64,000 bases of DNA, taken from assembly GCA_026770705.1 (NCBI GenBank), contig JANJGN010000004.1, positions 110,546,001 through 110,610,000 on the forward strand, given 5' to 3'. The position numbers and the translations under genes are program-made. This stretch comes from Isurus oxyrinchus (Eukaryota). Positions 1 through 40,320 of this stretch are shown in pieces (within the stretch, counting starts at the first letter, position 1; every line of letters begins with the position of its first letter). Below the pieces are notes generated by a model, which saw nothing but the letters and a program-made list of their open reading frames with translations, was not told the DNA's origin and made no database searches.

Positions 1-762
1 GGGCAGAAGACTGACTCCAGGGATTTGAGGCCCGAAGTCTAGGCTGACACTCCAAAGCAGTACTGTGGGAGTGCCGCACTCTCAGATGAGATGTTAAACA
101 AAGGCCCCACCTGTCCCCTCAGGTGCATGTAAATGCTCCCACAGGACTATTTTCAAGAAGAGCAAGGGAAGTTTTCCCCGGTTTTCTGACCAACATTTAT
201 CCCTCAACCAACATCACTAAAAAAAGATATAAGGGGAAGATGGTTGCATAGTGGTAATGTCACTGGACTAGTAATCCACAGACCCAGTCAAATGCTCTAG
301 GGACACAGGTTCAAATCCCACCACAGCAGCTAGTGGAATTTAAATTCAATTAATAAATCTGGAATTGAAAAGCTAGTCTCAGTAATGGTAACCACGAGAC
401 CATTGTAGAGTGTTATAAAAACCCATCTGGTTCACTAATGTGGGAAGGGAAGGAAATCTGCCGTCCTTACTCAGTCTGCCTACATGTGACTCCAGAGATG
501 CATCATTGTCATTGACTCTTAGCTGCCCGCTGAAATGGCCCAGCAAGCCACTAGGTTCAAGGGCAATTAGGGATGGGCAACAAATGCTGACCTTGCCAGT
601 GACATCCACATCCCATGAAAGAATAAAAATTATCACATTGCTATTTGAGGACCCTTACTGAGTGCAAATTGGCTGCCCCACTTCCTGCATTACAACAGTG
701 ACCACTGTAAAATGCTTTGGCATCTGAGATAGTGGAAGGCGCTATAGAAATGCAAGCACTTT
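1..762 (+). mobile_element. Deu-domain-type tRNA-SINE (AmnSINE1/SacSINE1-like), split by a second SINE at about 232-630
   Basis: Motifs gatgagatgttaaac, tatttatccctcaaccaacatcactaaaa, tatcacattgct, gcaaattggctgc and aaggcgctatagaaatgcaag recur in several copies. Family name is from recall. Confidence 0.75.
232..630 (+). mobile_element. tRNA-derived SINE family A with LINE-derived 3' tail
   Basis: A-box-like tagtggtaat, B-box ggttcaaatccc, tail agggcaattagggatgggcaa...cacatcccatgaaagaat. Homologous copies at about 9505 and 37385. Confidence 0.8.
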
Positions 763-889
763 CATTAGAGTGCTCATCACTCTTCAAGCACATGGAATTC
801 CTCTCACTTTCTAGCACACTAGGAGGATCACGTCAAGAAATATTAGAATTCCAGCCCCTCTCCGTGAAAGGAATGATCCTATGATCCTA

Positions 890-30672
<29,783 letters not shown>

Positions 30673-30798
30673 CGTTAATGTGCCCAACGGACGAAAAGGA
30701 TCACCTAAAACATACAAATGTTTAATTGTTTCTCGTTAAAATAAAGGTAACAAGTTACTTCAGCGCCCCAATGTCAAGATGCACTGCATTAGGGCATG

Positions 30799-31492
30799 GG
30801 ACTGGATTCAATACACCCTGTTGTGGTGGGAAACATGGCGGCTAGGCCCACTTATTCACAGGAGAGGCCACAATGTCAGCCTGCTGGCAGCAGAAAAATC
30901 TCCCACAATTAAGATGGAGACAAGAGCTGACCAATGTGGGAAACTCGGCCCACTGGCAATGAGATTCTTCATTATTGAGCCAATTGACACCAATTATCCC
31001 TGAGCTCACCAAAATTTGGTGGTAGCTCAGAGATTCAGTCAGAGTGGCAAAGCTTTCCTGTGCCCCCCCAAAGGCTGCCAGGCAAACTCTATAGAGTTTG
31101 CCTTTCCTTTGGGGGGGGTAGGGGAGGGTAGAGCCCTTCTTTCAAAGACACGTGCCTGATCAAGCGACCCAGCATTAGTAAGATGGGCAGCCATTGTAAG
31201 CCCCACCCCTGCCCTGGCATCCGACACCCTTTCCCCCCCAACCACTATTCCACCCTCACTCACTCGAGTCCAGGAATCCACTGATGATTCCTGGCAAAGA
31301 CAGTCCAGCGGCTCTTGGTGGACAGGATTTCCATCCTGGGATCCTAAATTCCAGGGAAGGCCTGACACTGCCTGGTTAAGTGCCTGGCAGATACTGAATT
31401 CCATCAGGCCTTCCCCACAGAAGTGATGTGGGTTTCCCCATCGATTCTCCAACTAATGGATGGGACACACATGACAACATTAAATTTCGCCC
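30799..31492. mobile_element. Degenerate MITE-like DNA element
   Basis: Ends GGACTGGATTCAAT ... ATTAAATTTCGCCC, flanked by ATG on both sides. Confidence 0.4.
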
Positions 31493-32019
31493 ATGGATTA
31501 ACAAGATCAGCACCACTGTAGTACCACAACAAACCTAGTATTGTATGTACTACTTGCATTGTGACACCTCACAGATGGAATTAAAAGCTTGCCCGGGGAG
31601 AAAAGGCATTTGCAGGCCTGTTGCAGGGCATCATATAGACACAATGTGTAAAATGCTCAGTATACAAAACCTATGTTTTAACAGGACTGTAGAAGAAATA
31701 CTGTCAAGTATACAGTGTGGTAATAAGACATACCAAGCTCTCAATTTCTTCCAATAATAATTCTGCTTCAAGATTGAGATATCCTATTTCTTAGGAGACA
31801 ATTGCTCTGACAAGAACATAAGATGAAGCACAGTAGCTGGCGTCCGCCAGAAAACCCTTACAGTCAAAACAGGTCCAACTAAAATAAAGCCTCTCAATAA
31901 ATTCCACACATTACAAACTGACCACTGAGTTGATGGCCTTAGAAATTCAAATAATGGTTTGTGCTGACTGACTTTCGTGATAAAATTCCTGCCCTGATTC
32001 TCCAAATAGCTGTTACACC

Positions 32020-32410
32020 ATACATAGAAACATAGAAAATTGGAGTAGAGGTAGGTCATTCAGCCGTTCGAGCCTGCTCTGCCATTCAATATGATCATGA
32101 CTGATCCTCTATCTCAACGCCATACTCCCACTCTCTCTCCATACCCCTTGATGCCTTTAGAGTCCAGAAATCTATTTCCTTCTTAAATATATTCAGTGAC
32201 TTGGCCTCCTCAGCCTTCTGTGATAGAGATTTCCGCAGGTTCACTACTGAGTGAAGAAGTTTCTCCTCATCTCAGTCCTAAATAGCCTACCCCATATCCT
32301 GAGAGTATGACCCCTTGTTCTAGACCCCCCCCCCCCCCCCCCCCCTCCCCCCAGCCAGAGGAAACATCATACCTGCATCCAGTCTGTTCAACCCTGTCAG
32401 AATTTTATAA
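32020..32410 (-). mobile_element. CR1 3' fragment, antisense, with an internal poly-C tract
   Basis: catagaaacatagaaaattggagtagaggtaggtcattcagcc..cgagcctgctc; gtgaagaagtttctcctcatctcagtcctaaat. Confidence 0.85.
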
Positions 32411-32929
32411 ATTTCAAGGAGACCAAATATTTTTAATAACGATGCTTTTGATGGTGAAGTGGATAGGATGGAAATTAATAAACAGTATAGCTTGCTTTGT
32501 CAAGACCAAATCAAGGAGTTAAAATTTGAACAAAAATGGTTATAATTCATAACCATGATCGATACAAAAGGCATATATTGCCAAGTGATCCTACATAAAG
32601 CCATCAAGTCCTGCTAGGGTGCCCAGTATTGAGTTCCATTCACAGATCCTCAGATAATGAAGCAGCCTGTGCCCACATGCAGCAAGACCTAGACAACATC
32701 CAGTCTTGGGCTGATAAGTGGCAAGACACACAAAGAAAAGAGTCATGAATAGTAAGCTGGTATCATCAGTAAACATATCATGGGTCCAAATAGGGGGAAA
32801 AAAGGCAAATGCTGTCTCATCAGCGAACAATTCTCATTGGGCAACTTGGCTATTGATATTCCTCTTTTCATTTATCAAGATATGGCAGAAAGCACTAAAC
32901 ATACGTTATTATAAACTGTACTTTCACAG

Positions 32930-33370
32930 ATACACAGAACGTCAGGTCATTCAACCCCTCAAACCTATTCCATCATTCACTTAGATCATGGTTGATCTGT
33001 ATCTTTGGCTCCATCTACCCACCTTGGTTTCATAACCCTTAATACCATTGCCTAACAAAATTTGTTAATAAAATAGCAGAAAATGCTAGAAAAATTCACT
33101 AGGTCTGGCGGCATCTTTGGAAAGAGAAACACAGTTAACATTTCCAGTTGAACATGGCTCTTCTTTGGAACTGTTAAGTGGTTAAATCTGCTAATCCAGT
33201 TTTGACATTTCCAACTGACTCTCAGTCCCACCAGCTGTATGGGGAGATAGATCCACATTTCCACTGTAATTTGTGTGAAGAAGTGCTTCCTGATAAAACC
33301 CCCTCAATCAGCCAGCCTCTAATTTTTAGGTTATATCACCTTGTTCTACACTTTCACAAGAAGAAATAGT
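32930..33370 (-). mobile_element. Antisense CR1 3' fragment interrupted by a Penelope-like pLTR fragment (about 33068-33175)
   Basis: The CR1 tail resumes after the gaaaatgctag...gaaacacagttaacattt insert. Confidence 0.6.
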
Positions 33371-33749
33371 TTCTATCAACCTTGGTCACTGGGGCCACAA
33401 AACACTTCCAGGTATTGAATGTGATTCTTGTGCTAGGTTATGAACCCAATCTAGTCTTTAGAATCTAGATCAATAGATGTAGAGGAGATGTCTCCACTTG
33501 TAGGGGAGCCCTAGTCACTAATAAATCCAGTAAGGAATTCAGAAGTTTCATTATGCAGAAAGTGGTGAAAATGTGAAACTTACTACTCATATAGATTTTT
33601 GATCTTGATTTGGGGGGTGTGTGCAATCCTGTGCTAATATGTCAATGCAATTTTCACCAAGACATCCCAATTAACTAACTGCAATGGAACATCCACAAAT
33701 ATGTAAACTTCTCCAGAACCTTGCTTAGACAACACTAATGTATAGAACA

Positions 33750-34285
33750 TTAATTAGACTACACTTGGAGTGCTGTAAACATTTCTGTACGTTATAGAAT
33801 GAATGTGGAGGTATTGGAGATGGTGCAAAATAGATTTACTAGAATTATCCCTAAAATGAGATTAAACTCATCAGGAAAGATTGAACAGGCTGCACCTCTT
33901 CTCTCTGGAAAGGTGAAGACTGAGTAGTGGCCAGTTAGAGGTCTTTAAGATTATAAAGATGTTTGATACAATAGACATAGGGAGGATATTTCCATCAATA
34001 TAAGATAGCCCTCAATAAATCAAACAGGGAATTCAGGAGAAACCTCTTCATCCAGAGAGTGTTTAGAACGTGGAACTTGCTACAACTTTAAGTAGCTGTG
34101 GTGAAAGCACAGATACCTGTACATTTAAAGGGAAACTAGATAGATGCATGAGGGAGAAAGGAATAGAAGGATATGCTGATACAGTGAGATGAAAAGGATG
34201 GGAAGAGACTTGTGTGGAGCATAAAACACTGGAGTGGACCAGATGGGCCAAATGGCCTGTTTCTGTGCTGTAAATCCTATAGAAT
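33750..34285 (+). mobile_element. CR1 3' fragment
   Basis: ttggagatggtgcaaaatagatttactagaat...ggagcataaaacactgg..tggaccagatgggccaaatggcctgtttctgtgctgta. Confidence 0.75.
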
Positions 34286-36539
34286 TAATGTAATAACTCA
34301 TCAATTTCTTCAATTAACTTAAACACCTCTATTATAACCGCCCCTTAATCTACTATACTCAAGGGAAGCTTTAATGCAATATCTACCTCTCTCTTTCATA
34401 TTGGAATCCAAACTTTGTCATTTAGGAACTGACTATGCACCAAAACTATTACACCTGCCCACAAACCTCAAATACAATCTAAAACACATTGTCTGGAGGG
34501 ACCATAAGATTTGAAATTTTAATTCATTTTACACAACAACATTGATAAAGCAACAATTCAAAGAAAATTAAAAATTCTCCAAATCAGAGAAAGACCAGAA
34601 AGTTAACAGTGAACAGTGTACTGCACTGAGAATTTTAAAAATAAAGTTATTATTTAAACAATTGTTTGTATCCTGAAGAGTTTTCAGTTAATTATTGGCT
34701 AAAATGATCTCTGTACAGGAATTCATTATTTTCTTCACCCCATGTTAACCCCTGAAATATAATGGCAGCACAAGCAGTCATGAATGCAGCTGATTATTTA
34801 TTCACTTTGCTCATCCATATATTAAAATGTTTACATTAAGAACAACCATAGTAAGATACCTTACAAACGGAATGCGCAGCCCCCAGAGTCAAATCCCGGC
34901 CGTAAACTGCTTTAATCTGGCTCACAGGACCCCTGCCTTCTCTTTTCATCTTTGTGTTTGATTTCAGCTAAGCCTCAATGTTTACTCTCGGCTTTTCAAA
35001 CTTGCTGGGGCTGGAGGACCGATCAAGGCTGCACCCTGATCAGAGGATTTAGCTCTAAGCAAGAAATTAATCTCTAACAGTATACCCAAGGCCCAGCAAG
35101 CTTCAAAGGCTGAGAGTAAACTTCCCAAGTTTTTGGGGAGAGATGGAAAGAGAAGATTGGAAAAGGCCTGATTTCTTTTCCCCCTCACTTTTTGTAGTTA
35201 TGGGAGCTGGTAGTCCTGTGTAATCACACATGACCCACTCTGATCTTAGTGCATTTTTCTGGCTCCAAAGTTGACCACTGTTGCTGATGAGACAACAGTA
35301 GGCTTTGTATTCCACATATCTGAACAGAATAACCTGTTACTTCCAATAAACAACATCCCATATTCAAGTTATTTATCTCTTCAGGTTATTTATCTCTTCA
35401 GAATCACCCTTTCACCGAGAGCAGCTGTTTAAGCTTTTCTTCCAAGTATAAATTTGTGTAGTGCCAGTCATTGAACTAAAAAGACAGAAAATAAGCAAAA
35501 GCAGACTTGGATTTCAATAGCACCTTTCACACCCTCTCAAAGCATTTTATACCCAATGATGTGTAGTCACTGTTGTAGTGCAGGAAGCTCAGCAGCCAAT
35601 TTGTGCACAGCAAGCTCCCACAAACAATGTGATAATATTGGCCAGAACACTCCTGTCACTGTGGTGTTATATTTCATAACTTTGTTCAACTGCTTAATCT
35701 GACCAACTTTCATAAGCCGCTAAGCTGTGCTACACCCAAATTTCCATATCTCCTGAAAGAAAAGAACAGGAAGATAAGAAAAATACATTAAAAATCACTG
35801 AAATCTTTCAATAATCTGCACTGTACCAAAACCAGAAGTTTCAAACTTTAGTACTGCAACACATTTCAGACTGATGCCCATGAGATCTGCAAGGTTACAC
35901 TGATGTCTCTAGAGCTAGACATAACACACACTTCCAACCGTGTCTCACAAATTGTGTTCTACGTTTGTCGACTTACTCATATGAAACAACTTACGAAGAT
36001 ACTGTGCCTTTTCACCTGCAAAAAATGTGTTCCAAGCCAACTCTCAGCCAATGACGTACTTTTTCCCTGCAATCACTATTTACTAAGCAACCCATCTGTG
36101 CCTAACAAGTTCCCACAAATAGCAATTGAAATTAATCATTTTTGTTGCTTTGCTTTTTAAAAAAAAAAATATTTAGGGGACATAGGCATCACTGGCAAGG
36201 CCAGCTTTTACTACCCATCCCAAAGTGCCCTTGAGAAGGTGGCAATAAGTCACTTTCTTCAACTGCTACAGTCTATGTGCAGTTCTCACAGTGCTGTTAG
36301 GAAGGAAGTTTCAGGATTTTGACCCACAACAATACTGGTTGAGATGACTGGAAAAACTATCTTCTTTGTGAAGAGTGTCATGGTAACTTTTATAAATCAG
36401 TTTAACAACTCAGCTGGAAGACGCCAGCAGCAATGCAGCACCCTTTGGTAGTACACCGAAATGTGATCTTCCACAATGGGTTTAACAGTGAGGCTCAAGC
36501 AAACTGCAAACTCAGAGGTAAGAATGTACCAATCGATAC

Positions 36540-37263
36540 TTTTTCAAGAGTTCCCACACACAACACTAGCAGCCCATGAGCAGAAAACGGAGCCTGGTCT
36601 CCAGTTGTCTCCGACCCCTTGCCACTGGACCAAGGCCTTACTCCAGCAAACCCATGTGGCAGCTGGTGTGCAATGGCCACCCCACATTAGAATAACTCAT
36701 GCACAGGCATCTTCCACCCCCTTAAAATGAGCACCAGCACTGCCTCTGCAAGATCTTGCAAATCCATTCACAGGATAGGCGCATCAACATCAGTGTTCTT
36801 GCTGAGGCCAACATCAAAGCACTGACCATGCTCGATCAGCTCTGCTGGCTGGGTCCGCATGTCTGACATGAGACTCCCGAAACTCGCGCTCTACTTGGAG
36901 CTTCGACATGGCAAGCGAGCCCCAGGAGGAGACAGGAAATGCTTCAAGGACACCCTCAAAGACTCCTTGAAAAAGTGCAACTCCCCCACCAACATTTGGG
37001 AATCCCTGGCCCAAGACCACCTGAATTGAGGGAAAGTATCTCGGAAGGTGCTGAACACCACGAGTCTCATCGCCAAGGGCTAGCTGAAGCCAAGCATCAA
37101 CAGTGAAAGGAGTGCGTGACGACCCAGGAACCCCACTCACCCGTTTCCCTACCACTGTGACAAAGACTGAAGGTCAGGTATTGGACTCCTCAGTCATCTG
37201 AGAACTCAGTTTTAGTGTGGAAGCAAGTCATCCTCAGCCCGGAGGGACTGCCTAAGATGATGA
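36540..37263 (+). mobile_element. RTE-clade LINE derivative: C-terminal ORF segment and 3' tail, preceded by a probable RTE 5'UTR
   Basis: Frameshifted translation HQHCLCKILQIH.QDRRINISVLAEANI...QLCWLG...RLPKLALYLELRHGKRAPGGDRKCFKDTLKDSLKKCN...WESLAQD; tail gggactgcctaagatgatga. Confidence 0.8.
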
Positions 37264-37384
37264 GCAGAATCCTGGACTGCTATTTCATGGGAAAACATTT
37301 GGTAGTGCCCAACAGACTTTAAACTCTTACCATCACTGCAAGTTTCAAAAGAGAGAAAATAAAAAATGACCAATGAATCAGAAA

Positions 37385-37745
37385 CATGAGTTCAAATCCC
37401 ACACCAGCAGCTGGGGAATTTAAATTCAAATAGCTAAATAAATCTGAATTATATCAGAAACTACTTGATTGTCATATAAAAACCATCTAGTCCACTCATG
37501 CTGTTGAGGGAAGGAAATCTGCTGTCTTACCCAGTCTTCCCTATGACTCCAGACCTGGTAATGTGGTTGACTATTAACTGCTCCCTGAAATAGCCTAACA
37601 AGCCACTCAGTAGTGCCAAACTGCAATGGCAAAGTATAATAAGCATCACGCATACTGAGGCGGTTGACAAACCACCTAGCTTCTCAAAGACAATAAATTC
37701 CTGCCTTCCCACCAATATGAACATTCCATGAATGAATAAAAGAAA
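37385..37745 (+). mobile_element. tRNA-SINE family A copy, degenerate
   Basis: gagttcaaatcccac..cagcagctggggaatttaaattcaa...aggaaatctgc...ccatgaatgaat. Confidence 0.7.
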
Positions 37746-38744
37746 TAAACACAACCACCCAATCCAAAACACTCTAAACATTTTTTGTGTGAAGATATGA
37801 AATGTTATATACACACAAACTTGCAGTTTGCAACTCTTAGCATTTTAAAAAGAAAACATTTAGCAATAACTCCTCCAAATCTGCTGGAATGACAAACCAG
37901 GAGTTGATGGAATCTGTATCAAATTCTGCTTCAAAGTGAGAATTTAGTGATGATATTTTGTTAGTTTAAGACAGTGAGAACACAGAGTTACATACGCTGC
38001 AAGGAGGTAACACATCAAAGAACACACAACGTTTATCTTCATCTCAACCCAGTGATGTGCTGCTGATTCCTAACACATTTCTGTATTATTTATAATATAT
38101 ACAGACATAGAAGATTTCTTTATCAACTGTTTACATTTTTCCCAGCAGAGGTGTCAATGCAGGCAAGTGATCCAATTCAAGCTGAACAAACATGGTATTG
38201 TACTAAACTCCAAGCAACAGCTAGAATAGGTTTGCTTCATTGTGTTGAAGGGGATCAGAAATTAATGACAGAGAGGCAGACTTAGAGTCATAGAGTTATA
38301 CAACACAGAAACAGGCCCTTTGGCCCATCGTGCCCATGCCAGCCATCAAGTACCTATCTATTCAAATCCCATTTTCCAGCACTTGGCCCATTGCCCTGTA
38401 TGCTTTGGTGTTTCAAGTGCTCGTCTAAATATTTCTTCTTTTTAACATATATATTGCAGCATGTTAAAACCAAATTGTGAAAACTGTCATAACAACATGT
38501 CGCTAAGACAAGGTGCAAACTTATTTCCACTTAATTAGTAAAACTTATTGTCGGTTCTAGCAGGGCTATGTACTATATGGTGCAAAGCATATCTTGCAGT
38601 TGAAACCTTGACCAAGCAGATTCACTTTGTTGATGTACTTCTGAACTTTTCAGTAATTTCTAAACCTGCAGTAAATACCCTTTGCTAGAGGTCAGAGGTG
38701 GCCAGCAATCCTTCCGAGTGGTATTTTACTATCTAAAAAATAGC

Positions 38745-39090
38745 AAACAGCTACACTAACCAACAACCAACCAATTTAAGTTAATCAGTCAAGCTTGTAA
38801 GATGGCTCACTCACACTTGCTAAAAGCAACATGCATTCAACTGCTGGACCCGTTCTTTGCAAAAGGTACTCAAGCCTGTTGTGAGTTACCCAGGAACTTA
38901 GGGAACCTATGGTTCCCCGTTGCTTTCTCCACAGCAATGCTTCAGCCAATCAGAGTCGATTTCCAATTAATCAGCATCCTTTTATCCTGTAGGATAAATT
39001 GTGATTGTTTGAAATTTGGCATTCTTGCATTTGTCCTGATGAGTGCAAGATGAAAAGCTTTAACATGTGTCTCTTCAGCAATATTTAAAC
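38745..39090 (+). mobile_element. Second Penelope-like family: 3' fragment with a hammerhead-like motif
   Basis: FKLISQACKMAHSHLLKATCIQLLDP resembles the C-terminus of a PLE GIY-YIG domain. Followed by CTGATGA (39036-39042) and GAAA (39052-39055). Confidence 0.5.
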
Positions 39091-39127
39091 ATGAATAAAA
39101 TAAATTTGGTATAAAATTGTCATTGCA

Positions 39128-39129
<2 letters not shown>

Positions 39130-39168
<39 letters not shown>
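39130..39168. repeat. (CT)n microsatellite
   Basis: Directly visible. Confidence 0.95.
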
Positions 39169-39171
<3 letters not shown>

Positions 39172-39404
39172 CCCAGGGACCACATCTAAAAGAAAGTATT
39201 AATAAGTGAGAGATGGTTCACCTGCATTCCGAGAGACTTATACAAACCAACAGAGGGTTGATTATACAAACCCATCTGACTGTGAGAGTATCAAAGTGAC
39301 AAGCAGGATCTACCTGGCCAGCTCTCCCTTGCAGCAAGGTTTGATTTTCTGAGAACCTACTCTATTCGCAAATGGCACCATCGCAAATCTCTCCCCACCA
39401 AATC

Positions 39405-39850
39405 CATGGCCACTGGCACTTTCTCCAAGTTCTGCCTGACCCCTGTCACAAGATAGGCCCTGCACACCTGCAGTTATGCCCAGCCATCCAATCACTGGTC
39501 CTGCACCTTGTCCCAACCACTGCCTGTAATATTGCCCCTGCACAGGATTCTGCACTTTCCCCCAGCCTAGTCAGCACTGCAGTCATTGCACAGGATCCTG
39601 CACTTTCCGCCCAGTCCTGTATGCATTGCTGTCATTGAACAAGGTCCTGCACTCTCCCCCCACCATGCATTGCTACCATGGCACAGATCCCGCACCTTCC
39701 CCAACCGCCCTCCCCCCCGTCCCATATGCATTGCTGCCATTTCACAGGATCCTGCATTTTCCCCGCGCGCGCCCCGCCCGCCCGCTACCATGACAGATCC
39801 TACACTTTGCCCCCAGCTCTGTCTGCATTGCTGCCATGGATCCTCCTGCC
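39405..39850. repeat. Degenerate ~45-60-bp minisatellite in ACO1 intron 1
   Basis: About 8-9 recurrences of CACAGGATCCTGCACTTTCCCC...TGCATTGCTGCCATG-like units. Confidence 0.7.
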
Positions 39851-40320
39851 GCCCCCTCAGGGCCGTCGCACGAGCAGGGTTACAACAGCAGAAGAAAAGG
39901 TTAAATGAGAGGTGTCTCAACACTCCAAGCCCTCGAGGTCAACGGCAATAAGTACTGACCTGTTCGTTACCTTATGCGGTCCGGACCGCCGGCTCCGACT
40001 GATCGCCACTTCACACAGGAATCCCTCATTCAGCCGGCAGCCCGGCGCGCATGCGCTCCCTCGCACACCTCGCCACAAACACCCACCACCGCGCATGCGC
40101 CCCAGTCATAAACAAGCAGCGCGCAGGCGCTTCCAGTCAGACAATAGGCCCTGCACACCGCGCATGTGCCTCACGCCGCAGCCCCGCCCACTGTCCGCCG
40201 TGATGTCGTCTGTCACCCGGCGGCAGACGCCTCTTCCGCGCATGAGCGGCGCTGGCTCGTGGAATTGGTTACAGTGCTGGGACCAGACTTGCCAATCATC
40301 CAGGATTGCCCGGGAGCCTT
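39750..40320 (-). promoter_or_regulatory. CpG-island promoter of ACO1
   Basis: CpG-dense block in an otherwise CpG-poor region. NRF1-type GCGCATGCGC at 40047-40056 and 40091-40100, with variants at 40121, 40160 and 40238. GC box GCCCCGCCCA at 40181-40190. CCAAT boxes at 40264 (reverse) and 40292. Confidence 0.8.
39960..40045 (-). other. ACO1: Probable ACO1 non-coding exon 1 (5' boundary approximate)
   Basis: Lies at the edge of the only CpG island upstream of exon 2. Two good donors on the minus strand: AAG|GTAACG (exon end 39971) and CAG|GTCAGT (exon end 39960). Confidence 0.6.

Noticed and set aside
232-330. tRNA genes at A/B-box motifs (also about 1950, 9505, 10155)
   Set aside because: They do not form a cloverleaf and continue into shared SINE bodies, so they are SINE heads.
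35368-35401. Perfect 17-bp tandem duplication GTTATTTATCTCTTCAG
   Set aside because: Real, but most simply an isolated slippage duplication with no further structure.
39960-40045. Iron-responsive element in the ACO1 5'UTR (autoregulation)
   Set aside because: I saw no CAGUGN loop on a 5-bp stem with a bulged C in exon 1 or the exon 2 UTR; the hairpin present has a CCGG centre.
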